DNA of 64,000 nucleotides. Source: a virus. Below the pieces are notes generated by a model, which worked only from the letters and a program-made list of their open reading frames with translations, did not search any database and was not told where the DNA came from. Both the position numbers and the translations under genes were made by a program. This document shows, one piece after another, positions 17,535 through 27,566 of this stretch. Every line of letters starts with the position of its first letter. The stretch's first letter is position 1. The DNA lies in the IMG/VR virus record IMGVR_UViG_3300005739_000002, positions 1 through 64,000 of that record. One strand, given 5' to 3'.

Positions 17535-20500
17535 ATGGCACGCAATATTGCGCCTGAGTACTACGAGTGGAACCCCACCACTAAACAAATCACTATTGAC
17601 CGCTACATTAAGCGTGTTCACTTGTTCCTTATTGTCAACTCAACCCGCAATAAGATTTTATTTAACTTTAGCGACCCAACTCAGACAATCACAGTTAGCT
17701 ATCTGTATCCTGACTACAGCATTGCTCACCCTATGGGTGAAACTTCTTATAGAACTGTAATTACTCTTAATGCATCTGTTGATACAACAGGCATGTTGTC
17801 TACAGATACTCTGCAAATTATTGTAGACGACGAGCACCAAAAGGTTACATTTGATGACACCTTTATCGATGGTGCACAGAAGCTTCGTACATCAGAGCCG
17901 CAGTCCCTTATGGATACCGACTTTGAGTACTCAGTACAGCCGTCTAAGTGGGAAGCGATATTCCTAGCAAATGGTTACCCATCATTCTTCCCTAAGGCAT
18001 CTGGCGGTAACTCCTTTGACGTTGTTTCTATTATTGGTAATGGAGTACGCCCGCGTTCATCAATGACAGTGACAACCGCTCTTCCTCACGGCTTAACTCC
18101 AGGTCAGATTGTTTCTGTACAAGAAACTCTTAACTATCTTGCCGAAGGAACTGCTTTAGTAACCGCTGCGCCAACAACCACTACATTTACATACACCGCT
18201 CGCGGTGCTGTATCTGGTGACGTAGCTTCTGGAACTCTTACTACTGTATATGGTGGAGACATCTTTGACGGCGCACATATTCCTGGTGGTAACTTCCCAA
18301 TCGGTGGTATAAACACCCTTAACCGTTGGAGAGCAACAGTAGATGGTGCTGCTCCTATCTCAACAGTAACAGCCATTTTTGACCAACCACACGGCATCTT
18401 TCCAGGAAATCTTATTGTTGTCTCTGGTACAAACAGCTTTGACGGTAACTGGCAGGTAACTAAGGTTCCTACTCAGACCACTTTAGAGTTTTCTCTCGAC
18501 CGTCAGCAGTCTGCTGTATCTGTTCCTACCACTGCTCTCATCATTGCAAAAGGCGATGGATACGTTATTCAACGTCCTTATGATGGCGGCGTATCAATGT
18601 CTACTGCTACAAACTCTATGGGCTCTCAGACAATCCGTCAGACCCGCCGCTACTTCCGTTACCAATCAGGTAAAGGTCTTCAGTTCTCAACTGGCGCACA
18701 GCTCACTCCTGTATACGATGTTGAGCAGCTGTTTATTAGCGGAGGTTCCGTAGGACTTAATACAGTTACAGTAAAGACTGTTCAAGACCACGGTATGCAG
18801 GCAGGCGTTACGGTTGACATTGAAGGTGTTCGTACCCGTTTTGCCTATAACCCATTCAACGGAAATAACTTTATTGTATCTCGTGTAATTGACGTAAATA
18901 CTTTTGAATACCAAGTAACTCTAACTGAGACGTTACCTCTAGTTGACCAGAATCCAGGCGGCACTAACGTGTATGTCCACGCTCGTAAGTGGTTTGGTGC
19001 TGTTACTCGTTGCGGTATGTTTGATGACCAGAACGGTTTCTATTTTGAGTACGACGGTCAGAAGATGTTCTGCGTACGCCGTCACTCTGAAAAAGAAGGT
19101 ATTGGCCGCGTAAACGTAGTAAAGAACTCTAGCTTCGTTACTGGTCTTAACACTCAGTTCCGTAAGCAACTTACTGTAGGACAGTCCATTGTTATCAAGG
19201 GCTCTTCATACCGCGTAATTGCTGTTAACAGCGCAACCTCTATCAACATCTCTCCTGCATACCGCGGAGCTACTGGTAACCGTACTCGATATCTAATTAC
19301 TCAAAATGACCGATTCCCTCAAGATGAATGGAACGTTGATAAGTTTGACGGAGAAGGTCCATCGGGATATCTGCTAGACGTTGGTCGTATGCAGATGGTG
19401 TTTATTGACTACACCTGGTACGGCGCAGGTACTGTTCGATTCGGTATGCGTGGTCCTAATGGCAAGGTTTACTGGTGCCACAGACTTCCACAGAACAACG
19501 TAAACAACAGCGCTTACCAGCGTTCAGGTAACCTTCCTGCTCGTTACGAAGTCTCTAATGACCCATCAATCTTCACCAAGATGGTTGCAGGTCCTTCAGG
19601 AAACTTAGGTTCGCAGCTAGGTCCAAACGATACAGTCATGTACGTTGAAGACGGGCGTAACTTCCCAACATCAGGATTTATCTATGTTCGTGATGCTGTC
19701 AACTGTGAAATCATGCGCTACTCATCAGTAGGTGCGTTTGACCCTGTAAAGCGTGGTTATCCAATCACCATTGCTCAGCGTCGTGCATCTATCACTAATA
19801 TCTATCCAGATACACCGTTTACCTTTAGCGGCACCACAACGCCAGTTACATTTACCCCAGACTCATCTATTACTGGTGTTGGTGGAGATGCTCAGGTTGC
19901 AGTTCAATCAATTACTCAGAACTGCGCCCCAATCATCAGCCACTGGGGTTCATCGGTCATCATGGACGGCCGCTTCGATAACGACGAAAACTTTATCTTC
20001 ACTGGTGGTATGACCAAGCTTCTCAACGTAGCAGCGGGTGTTACCCGTCCGCTTCTAGCGCTTCGTCTAGCCCCATCTGTAGATAACGGTATTGCTCGTA
20101 ACTTTGGTATCCGTGAGTTGACCAACCGTATGCAGCTTCAAATGAACTCTATCGGTGTTACTACTAATGGACAAATGCGTATTGACGCAATTCTTAACCC
20201 TAACCAAATCTTCTACAACACTTATGCTCCAGCAACGCTAGCTGTTTCTCGTTCCTGTACAGGTGCCTCGGGAAGTATTCAGCTTACTGTTACTGATGCT
20301 GCTGGTACTAACGGTATCGTTCCAGGTATGATTGTTACTGGCGGTAATGTTGGACCAGGTGCTCAAGTAGCTACTGTTACAGCTAACATTCTTACACTGT
20401 CTGTGCCTAACGCGGGCGCGGTGTCAGGCGGTATTACGTTTACGCCTCGCACTGGATACGTAGGTCTACCTGATGACTGGTCTCGTGATTTGGTTGGTTC

Positions 20501-20825
20501 TGGTTCCCTTGCTCAGATTATCTACTTTGACAACTCGGGTCCTGGAGCTGGTGGTGTTCAAGCTGCCTCTGGACGTATTTCTGGCGGTGACTCGGTTGCC
20601 TCCTTCTACTCAGAAAACGGCGGTGGTTCCTCTAACTTCAACGTCTCTAACTTCGACCTTAGAGATATCCGAGACCTAGGTAACTCCATCATTAGCGGCG
20701 ACGGCAACGTGTCAAGCCCTAGCTACCCTAACGGCCCAGACATTATCGTCCTTACAGCCACCAACATCGGTACTGCGGCGTCTAATATTTCAGCCCGTAT
20801 CTCATGGATTGAGGCCCAGGCATAA
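17535..20825 (+). CDS. large beta-rich virion appendage/receptor-binding protein
   Basis: Core QTRRYFRYQSGK...GMFDDQNG...WNVDKFDG.GPSG...YTWYGAG with several inserted TT..PHGL..G..V beta-modules. Confidence 0.7.
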   Translation: MARNIAPEYYEWNPTTKQITIDRYIKRVHLFLIVNSTRNKILFNFSDPTQTITVSYLYPDYSIAHPMGETSYRTVITLNASVDTTGMLSTDTLQIIVDDEHQKVTFDDTFIDGAQKLRTSEPQSLMDTDFEYSVQPSKWEAIFLANGYPSFFPKASGGNSFDVVSIIGNGVRPRSSMTVTTALPHGLTPGQIVSVQETLNYLAEGTALVTAAPTTTTFTYTARGAVSGDVASGTLTTVYGGDIFDGAHIPGGNFPIGGINTLNRWRATVDGAAPISTVTAIFDQPHGIFPGNLIVVSGTNSFDGNWQVTKVPTQTTLEFSLDRQQSAVSVPTTALIIAKGDGYVIQRPYDGGVSMSTATNSMGSQTIRQTRRYFRYQSGKGLQFSTGAQLTPVYDVEQLFISGGSVGLNTVTVKTVQDHGMQAGVTVDIEGVRTRFAYNPFNGNNFIVSRVIDVNTFEYQVTLTETLPLVDQNPGGTNVYVHARKWFGAVTRCGMFDDQNGFYFEYDGQKMFCVRRHSEKEGIGRVNVVKNSSFVTGLNTQFRKQLTVGQSIVIKGSSYRVIAVNSATSINISPAYRGATGNRTRYLITQNDRFPQDEWNVDKFDGEGPSGYLLDVGRMQMVFIDYTWYGAGTVRFGMRGPNGKVYWCHRLPQNNVNNSAYQRSGNLPARYEVSNDPSIFTKMVAGPSGNLGSQLGPNDTVMYVEDGRNFPTSGFIYVRDAVNCEIMRYSSVGAFDPVKRGYPITIAQRRASITNIYPDTPFTFSGTTTPVTFTPDSSITGVGGDAQVAVQSITQNCAPIISHWGSSVIMDGRFDNDENFIFTGGMTKLLNVAAGVTRPLLALRLAPSVDNGIARNFGIRELTNRMQLQMNSIGVTTNGQMRIDAILNPNQIFYNTYAPATLAVSRSCTGASGSIQLTVTDAAGTNGIVPGMIVTGGNVGPGAQVATVTANILTLSVPNAGAVSGGITFTPRTGYVGLPDDWSRDLVGSGSLAQIIYFDNSGPGAGGVQAASGRISGGDSVASFYSENGGGSSNFNVSNFDLRDIRDLGNSIISGDGNVSSPSYPNGPDIIVLTATNIGTAASNISARISWIEAQA

Positions 20826-20901
20826 TGTCAGCGGTTTACGGTGACCCTATTATTAAAGACGATATACTTTTAATGACCTCGGAAGGTAGGTAAAAACCCA
20901 C

Positions 20902-21240
20902 ATGCCAGATTACACATCGCTTAGTACGCAGATTGATGCGGTTAAGGCAGAAATTACATCTAGCTTAAACGCTAGCACTTACACTGCTCAAGATTTAATC
21001 TATGTAGCTAAGGCCCTTGAAACTATGGGCACTCTTCTGGGTGTCAATGACATCGTTGCTGCAACCGCGGACCGCGTAACAGCAATCACAACCGCTGGTA
21101 CAACGCAGGTTACTGCTGTTAACACAGCGGGCACCACACAGGTTTCTGCAGTAAACACTGCGGGAAATAATAAGGTCGCTGCAATCGCTGCAGAGGCCGC
21201 TAACTTAACCGTACTAGCGTATATAGGAGTACTCGACTAA
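20902..21240 (+). CDS. coiled-coil fibre stalk protein with 11-aa repeats
   Basis: ITTAGTTQVTA/VNTAGTTQVSA/VNTAGNNKVAA repeats. Confidence 0.65.
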   Translation: MPDYTSLSTQIDAVKAEITSSLNASTYTAQDLIYVAKALETMGTLLGVNDIVAATADRVTAITTAGTTQVTAVNTAGTTQVSAVNTAGNNKVAAIAAEAANLTVLAYIGVLD

Positions 21241-21545
21241 TGCCTACAACCGTAACCCGTTTTAGGGCACTTACCGCTGGAACCACGGATGGCAGCGCTT
21301 ATTCGGTTCCTGCAAGTAACACCGCAATTATTACAAACGTGGTCTTAGCAAATAAGACCGCAGCAACAAGAACAGTAACAGTTACCACTGGTGGCTTTGC
21401 ATTCTGTTCAGGTCTACAGGTTCCAGCAAATGGAACTGTAAACTTTGATGCTCGCGTAGTTTTAAACGCAACTGAAACAATCTCCGTTACAGCAGACGTA
21501 GGGTCTGCAGTTGACGTTTTGATTTCAGGCGTATTGATTTCTTAA
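21240..21545 (+). CDS. small beta-sandwich virion protein
   Basis: YSVPASNTAIITNVVLAN...ETISV...VLISG pattern; coupled to upstream gene. Confidence 0.6.
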   Translation: MPTTVTRFRALTAGTTDGSAYSVPASNTAIITNVVLANKTAATRTVTVTTGGFAFCSGLQVPANGTVNFDARVVLNATETISVTADVGSAVDVLISGVLIS

Positions 21546-21572
21546 TAAAAGGAAAAGGACAGGTAACTATAA

Positions 21573-24500
21573 ATGGCAATATCCTCAAGTAAAGACTTTA
21601 TCGTCTTCCCGAACGACAATTCGGGTCGTTTGTTTGTCAATGAGGCCACCTTTACAGCCAGTGGTACCTGGACCGCGCCTGCTGGTGTGACCTTCGCCCA
21701 AGTTGTACTCGTCGGTGGTGGCGGCGGTGGTGGCGGCGGTTCTCAGAACGTCGCAGGTGGTGGCGGTGCTGGTGGTCAGGTAATTGTTAAAAACATTGCT
21801 GTAACCCCAGGAACAACCTATAACATTACTATTGGTGCTGGTGGACAAGGTGGTCAGGGTGCAATTAACGGCGCTACTGATACTGTTAACACACTACCTG
21901 GTGGTAACGGTTCTGCAACTATCTTCGGTAACATCACAATTGCTAACCTTCTTGTAAACCCAGACTTTGATTACAGCGTTCAGTCATGGGATTCAGCAAC
22001 CTACTACCGCTCAGCAACTGGTATCTCTGGTCAATCTTCGATTACCGTATATCCAAATGCTGCTGGTCTAACAGTTGGTCAGCGTGTAACAGGCACTAAC
22101 ATCGGTTCTAACGCACGTATTGCTGGTATCTCTGGCAACGTAGTAAGCTTGAACGTAGCTAACACAGCTACAGTAGCTACCGTAATTGGCTTTTCACAAG
22201 GTGAGTCTGTAGTACGTCCTTCTAACGTATTCTTCTACAACATCTCCTCAGCAGCTTCTGACATCACAACGAACCCACAGACTGGTAATACTGCAGGTTC
22301 TCCATACTTCAGAAACCTATCCAACAACCTCTTGCAGCCAAACATTGCACAGCTTGAGGATGCAGCAACCCTATCTGGAAACTTGCTACGTCAATTTGGT
22401 ACCTCTCTTTCAACATTTGCTATCAACAACGCTGGTGTTCCTACCAAGCTTCCAGAAATGGTTGGTGGTTATACCAAGACTGCTACCACAGTCCTAAGCT
22501 CTACCACTGTTACTCTTAACAACACTAATGATGTATATCCAAACATGTACATTGTTGGAACTGGTTTTGCTTCAGGTACTGTAGTCCTTAGCGTTGATAG
22601 CGCAACTACAATTACAATCTCACAGGCAGCAACTGCTAACGGCACCGTTACAGCCACAGTCTCCTACTCAGGAGCCTTTGGTATCAACGGTCTTATCTGC
22701 GGTACTAGCTCTTCAACATCAGCTGGTGCTCCAACATGGGTTCAGTTCTCAAACATGAACTCAACAACAACCTCTAACGGTACGCAGACATCTACAAGCC
22801 AGCAGGGTGTTCCTTACATCCCAGGTGCTACCTATACCTTCTCTGCTTATATTTCTACAAACGTAAATATCAGCACATCTACACCAATCCTCTTCCAGCT
22901 ACGTTCTGCAGGCGCTTCCCGTAACGCGGTTTCAAGCACCTCTTACCTAGGTGGTTCTAACTCAGGTACAACTGACTCAATTGATGCGGGTACAGCTAAC
23001 GGATTCTTCGTACGTCAAGGAATTCCAGCAACCCTTACTAACTACGGTGGGGCCTTTACAACTACCGCTAACGCAGCTAACGGCGCAACCACAATTACCG
23101 TTGCAGATGCAACAGGTATCTTGATTGGTATGGCTATTACTGGTTCTGGTATCCAATCAGATACAATCGTATCTAACGTAGTCGGAACTACCATCAGCAT
23201 CAACAAGACCACTAACGCAACTTTGACTGATAGCACTGTTAACTTTGCTAACCCAGCAGGTGTTCAGATGCTTGGCTCTAACGTAACTGTTGGTCAAACA
23301 GGATGGCGCCGTCTTTCAGCGACATTTACCACACCAACAATTGCTTCTGCTCTTGCTAACGGTGTCTATGCGTTCGGTTCTACACCTCAGTTCGTACACC
23401 CAGTTATTGTATTCCAGCAGGGTTCTGTAAACTTCTGGATTGATAACCTACAGCTTGAGGTTGGTAACACAACCACTACATGGCGCCCACCTGTCTATCG
23501 TGAGGCTCAGTCAATGCTTATGCAGACTAACTCTGCGGCTGGTGCAAACCTCGAAACATCACACCGTTTCGTACGTGTTAATCCAAGCACTCAGTACTCA
23601 GGCTCTGCCTTCGTGGTAGCAACTGGTACTTCAAACCAATACCGTCCAGTACGTGCTTACATTGAGTACTTTGATGCAGACTTCAACTCTGTACTTCGTA
23701 CCGAAGGTAACAACGTATTCTTGCCAATCTCTGGTGTAGCAACATCAAACCAGCAGATGCCAGCAGTAACTTACCCAGTTCGCGTAGTAGTTAATGGTGC
23801 TAGCTCACCCGTTAATGCACGTTACGCTAAGTTTGGCGTCATGGTTCTTGAAGCTGCACAAAGCGCTACAGGTTCTGCAATCGAACACCACATCATTGCT
23901 CCTCAGCTTGAGCCAGCAGCAGTTGCAACCACCTACAAGAAGGTTGATAACGTCAACTACTTCTACGCAGGTCAAGCTGGCCTAACCCCAATCGTTTCAT
24001 CTCTTGGCACTCTTGCCGCAGAAGGTGGTGGCGGTGGCGGTACCTTTAACACCAACTCCACACACTGGCAGTATGGTCTCATCGGCGGTAACAACGGTGG
24101 ACACGCTGCTAACAACTCCAGCACTACTACCACTCTTGCAGGTGGTGGCGCAGGCGCAGGCGGCGCTGGTGAAACAGCTCGCATCTACGGTGTAGGTGTA
24201 TCTGGTGGTAACTCTATCGACGGTTTCCGTACAACTGGTGGAGGTTCACAACAGATTTGGCCAATGCGTGGTCACCAAGGTGGATACGCACTTTGGAACT
24301 CTGGTACCAACAACTCACACCCAATGGGCGAAGCTGGTAAGGGCGGACCTGGTGTTCTCCTCAACGGCTTGAGCTCTGGTTCTCCACTCGGTCTACCAGT
24401 TGCTGGTGGCGGTGGCGGTGCTGGATGGTCAGCATCTAACTCTATTAACCAATCAATTCCTGGCATCGGTCAGAACGGTGGCGGTAAGGGTGCTCCAACA

Positions 24501-25238
24501 TACTTGGTAACCCAGGCCTCAACTACAGCGGATTACTACGCACGTGGTCTTGACGCTGTAGCAAACACTGGTGCAGGTGGTGGCGGTGGTGGTTCTAACT
24601 GGACTAACACTCCTCAGACACTTGCTAACCACAACTCTGCTAACGCAGCGTGTACTTATGAAGCTATCTCGTCTGAGTTCTTCAAGTGGAACCCAATCTA
24701 TAATGCAAACATTGTTATCTCAGCACAGGCTGGTTTCTATGGTTCAAACGTTCTACGTACAACCATCCAAGATACTGGTAATGCAAAGATTACAACTTCA
24801 TGGCAGTCCTTCCCAATCCTTCCACGTATCCCGCTAGTATTCCCTGGTGTGGCTGCACGTCTAACAACTGCCCCAGGCGGTGTGACCTCTGCACAGTTCA
24901 CTGGTCTACCAAAGCGTGTACGTCCAACAGTTCGTTGGAAGAATGAGAACAACGTAATCATTCGTGAAGACCGCCCTACATTTGATATCCAGTTCTCTGG
25001 AACTAACACAATTACATACCTTGGTGCATCAGGCGCAACCTCTGGCTACTGGCAGACACATGCCGCTCCAGCAGGCGCAGCTTACTTCGATGTGACATGG
25101 GAATTCCTATACATGGATGCTGGTGACGTTGTTGACGTTGACTTCGGTGGCTGCCAGTACTACGCATTCTCATCCTTTGGCGGAAACGGCGCAGATGGCT
25201 ATGCTATGGTTCGCTGGTTCGACAAGGCAGTACTCTAG
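21573..25238 (+). CDS. glycine-rich fibre/adhesin with nested carbohydrate-binding-module-like inserts
   Basis: FTASGTWTAPAGVT..VVLVGGGGGGG Gly-rich domain; NLLVNPDF, GATYTFSAY, WRRLSATF, IDNLQLE CBM4/9-like motifs. Confidence 0.75.
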   Translation: MAISSSKDFIVFPNDNSGRLFVNEATFTASGTWTAPAGVTFAQVVLVGGGGGGGGGSQNVAGGGGAGGQVIVKNIAVTPGTTYNITIGAGGQGGQGAINGATDTVNTLPGGNGSATIFGNITIANLLVNPDFDYSVQSWDSATYYRSATGISGQSSITVYPNAAGLTVGQRVTGTNIGSNARIAGISGNVVSLNVANTATVATVIGFSQGESVVRPSNVFFYNISSAASDITTNPQTGNTAGSPYFRNLSNNLLQPNIAQLEDAATLSGNLLRQFGTSLSTFAINNAGVPTKLPEMVGGYTKTATTVLSSTTVTLNNTNDVYPNMYIVGTGFASGTVVLSVDSATTITISQAATANGTVTATVSYSGAFGINGLICGTSSSTSAGAPTWVQFSNMNSTTTSNGTQTSTSQQGVPYIPGATYTFSAYISTNVNISTSTPILFQLRSAGASRNAVSSTSYLGGSNSGTTDSIDAGTANGFFVRQGIPATLTNYGGAFTTTANAANGATTITVADATGILIGMAITGSGIQSDTIVSNVVGTTISINKTTNATLTDSTVNFANPAGVQMLGSNVTVGQTGWRRLSATFTTPTIASALANGVYAFGSTPQFVHPVIVFQQGSVNFWIDNLQLEVGNTTTTWRPPVYREAQSMLMQTNSAAGANLETSHRFVRVNPSTQYSGSAFVVATGTSNQYRPVRAYIEYFDADFNSVLRTEGNNVFLPISGVATSNQQMPAVTYPVRVVVNGASSPVNARYAKFGVMVLEAAQSATGSAIEHHIIAPQLEPAAVATTYKKVDNVNYFYAGQAGLTPIVSSLGTLAAEGGGGGGTFNTNSTHWQYGLIGGNNGGHAANNSSTTTTLAGGGAGAGGAGETARIYGVGVSGGNSIDGFRTTGGGSQQIWPMRGHQGGYALWNSGTNNSHPMGEAGKGGPGVLLNGLSSGSPLGLPVAGGGGGAGWSASNSINQSIPGIGQNGGGKGAPTYLVTQASTTADYYARGLDAVANTGAGGGGGGSNWTNTPQTLANHNSANAACTYEAISSEFFKWNPIYNANIVISAQAGFYGSNVLRTTIQDTGNAKITTSWQSFPILPRIPLVFPGVAARLTTAPGGVTSAQFTGLPKRVRPTVRWKNENNVIIREDRPTFDIQFSGTNTITYLGASGATSGYWQTHAAPAGAAYFDVTWEFLYMDAGDVVDVDFGGCQYYAFSSFGGNGADGYAMVRWFDKAVL

Positions 25239-25248
25239 GAGGAAATGA

Positions 25249-25530
25249 ATGGCTAAATACGCACTAGTAGATAACAACCGAATCACACAGGTTCAGGTTG
25301 CAGAGAGCGAAGACGCTCTCGGTCCATTGGCTCTTCTTTTTGAAGTAGTCCAGATTGACGGTCTAGACCCAGAACCATCTCGTGACTGGGAACGCGTTAA
25401 CGGAACATGGTGCCCACCAGGAGTACCAGAAGCTGCTAAGGCACTTTGGAACGGAACAGGCTTCGAAGGAGTAGAAGCAATTGAAGCTCCAGAAGAAGAC
25501 GAAGAAGAGGAAGCAGAGGACGATAAGTAA
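25249..25530 (+). CDS. putative fibre assembly chaperone with acidic tail
   Basis: MAKYALVDNNRITQV N-terminus typical of genes after Gly-rich fibres. Confidence 0.55.
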   Translation: MAKYALVDNNRITQVQVAESEDALGPLALLFEVVQIDGLDPEPSRDWERVNGTWCPPGVPEAAKALWNGTGFEGVEAIEAPEEDEEEEAEDDK

Positions 25531-25913
25531 TGGCCATTTCCTCACAGCCAACGGTCCTTGCACAGTCTAACGATGCCTACATCAACGTAGGTGTCACAGG
25601 CCGTCTTCAGACCTTTTCGGCAGCAACAGGCACCTTAACCATCAACCCAACTAATGGTTCGTTCATTCGAATCACTAACTTGGTTGGCGCTGTAACTGTA
25701 AACTGGACGGGCATCCCATCTGGTTACGGAACCCGCTGGCAGGTAGAGGTAAGAAACCGTGGCGCTAACGCAGTTGCCTTCAACGGTGTGACATGGGATG
25801 GCGGCTCTGCCCCAACCATCGCATCTGGTACTGCAGCCTCAGTTCTAGATTTCTATTCACCAGATGGCGGAGTAACAATCTTCGGCAAACTAGACTACGC
25901 AACAGTAGCTTAA
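25530..25913 (+). CDS. small beta-sandwich fibre tip protein
   Basis: VTWDGGSAPT...VLDFYSPDGG.T pattern of phage fibre C-terminal domains. Confidence 0.6.
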   Translation: MAISSQPTVLAQSNDAYINVGVTGRLQTFSAATGTLTINPTNGSFIRITNLVGAVTVNWTGIPSGYGTRWQVEVRNRGANAVAFNGVTWDGGSAPTIASGTAASVLDFYSPDGGVTIFGKLDYATVA

Positions 25914-25927
25914 TTTAAATTAGAGAC

Positions 25928-25954
25928 GCCCCCAGGTTACAACCTGGGGGCTTT
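25928..25954 (+). terminator. intrinsic terminator
   Basis: GCCCCCAGGTT-AC-AACCTGGGGGC-TTT. Confidence 0.8.
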
Positions 25955-25972
25955 CTACTTTATAATAGACTT

Positions 25973-27031
25973 ATGAAAATAGCCGTATACACCATCGCAT
26001 TAAATGAGGAACAGTTTGTAGAACGCTGGTATGAATCAGCTAAAGAAGCTGACTACCTGATGATTGCTGACACAGGCTCTGTTGATGAGACTGTGAGTAA
26101 GGCTGAAGCCCTAGGAATTGTGTGCCACAAAATTAGTGTGCGTCCGTGGCGGTTTGATGATGCCCGTAACGCAGCGCTCGCCCTATTGCCAGATGACATT
26201 GACTACTGCATCTCTTTAGATATGGATGAGATACTCGCCCCAGGCTGGCGCGATGAAATGGAAAAGATTCCTGTTGGGTCTACTCGTATACGCTACAACT
26301 ATACATGGAACTTCCAACCAGACGGCTCTCCAGGTCTAACATTTGCTGGAGACAAGATTCATGCACGCCACGGGTACCGTTGGCAACATCCTGTACATGA
26401 ATGTTTATATACAGATAGGCTTGTAGAAAAAGAATATTGGTCTCAACTAGGGCTGTGGCATAAAGCTGACGACCAAAAATCTCGTGGGCAGTATCTACCC
26501 TTACTTAAATTATCTGTAGAAGAAGACCCTACGAATGACCGTAATGCGTATTACTATGCTCGTGAACTATTTTTCCACGGGCAGTATGAAGAGGCCCTTG
26601 TGCAATTTAAACGCCACCTGTCTTTACCTAAAGCTGTGTGGAAAGCCGAACGTGCTTCTTCTATGAGATATATAGCTAAGTGTTCTACTGAGGAATCTGA
26701 AAAACTTAAATGGTGGAAATTAGCTGTACAAGAAGAACCAGCTAAACGTGAAGCTTACGTTGAGTTGGCGCAATACCACTATGACAAAGGTAGATTTGAA
26801 GAGTGCTATATGTGGGCTAAGAAGGCAGTTAATATTAAAAACAAAAGCATGGACTATTTAAATGAAGCCTTTGCTTGGGGCGCTACTCCTTACGACCTAG
26901 CTGCTGTATGTGCATACTGGCTAGGAGAGCGAGAAAAAGCGCTTGAATATGGAACTATGGCTGCAGAGTTAAGCCCTACAGATGAGCGAATACTGGGTAA
27001 CCTAGAGTTCTACAAGCAGGGAGTTAAATGA
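25973..27031 (+). CDS. GT2 glycosyltransferase with C-terminal TPR repeats (leaderless)
   Basis: IALNEE, DTGSVD, WRFDDARN, SLDMDE, VHE motifs; TPR helices; TATAAT 6 nt before ATG. Confidence 0.88.
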   Translation: MKIAVYTIALNEEQFVERWYESAKEADYLMIADTGSVDETVSKAEALGIVCHKISVRPWRFDDARNAALALLPDDIDYCISLDMDEILAPGWRDEMEKIPVGSTRIRYNYTWNFQPDGSPGLTFAGDKIHARHGYRWQHPVHECLYTDRLVEKEYWSQLGLWHKADDQKSRGQYLPLLKLSVEEDPTNDRNAYYYARELFFHGQYEEALVQFKRHLSLPKAVWKAERASSMRYIAKCSTEESEKLKWWKLAVQEEPAKREAYVELAQYHYDKGRFEECYMWAKKAVNIKNKSMDYLNEAFAWGATPYDLAAVCAYWLGEREKALEYGTMAAELSPTDERILGNLEFYKQGVK

Positions 27032-27558
27032 GAGCTCATGCCCCAGGCGGTCGTTTTGACGCAGATTTTGAAACCGACAAGGTTCTAGACGGTATAGATA
27101 AAGACCTAAAGAGACCTGTTGGAACTATTGCTAAGTGGTTTGTATGGGACCCTGCAGCAACTGTACTTGACCCTATCTATGATACTGGTGTAGACCTATC
27201 TACATCTACAGGTGGGCGTATATGGAAGGGCCCATTTGACTTGCCCGTTGTTCGCGCTGTTATTAAACAAGGAAGCATTAAGAATAGCCAGCGCGGTTAC
27301 TATGGCGCAGACTCCCTACACCTAACCCTAAACGCTGAAGACGTTGAACGTGTAGTACCAGGAGTAATTGGCAACCCAGACCTACAGGCCCGTGGCCGTA
27401 TTCTATGGAAGGGCCAGGTCTACCGTCCATATTTTATTCAACAAGCTGGCATTGTTGCTGAAAGATATACACTGATAATTGTAGAATGTATGCAGGTCAT
27501 GGCAGACGAAATGGTCAACGACCCTCAGTTCCTTGCCTTGGCTGGATATATTAAATAG
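27028..27558 (+). CDS. putative head closure/neck protein
   Basis: DPIYD...RILWKGQVY pattern; position before tail genes. Confidence 0.55.
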   Translation: MRAHAPGGRFDADFETDKVLDGIDKDLKRPVGTIAKWFVWDPAATVLDPIYDTGVDLSTSTGGRIWKGPFDLPVVRAVIKQGSIKNSQRGYYGADSLHLTLNAEDVERVVPGVIGNPDLQARGRILWKGQVYRPYFIQQAGIVAERYTLIIVECMQVMADEMVNDPQFLALAGYIK

Positions 27559-27566
27559 GAGTTCAT

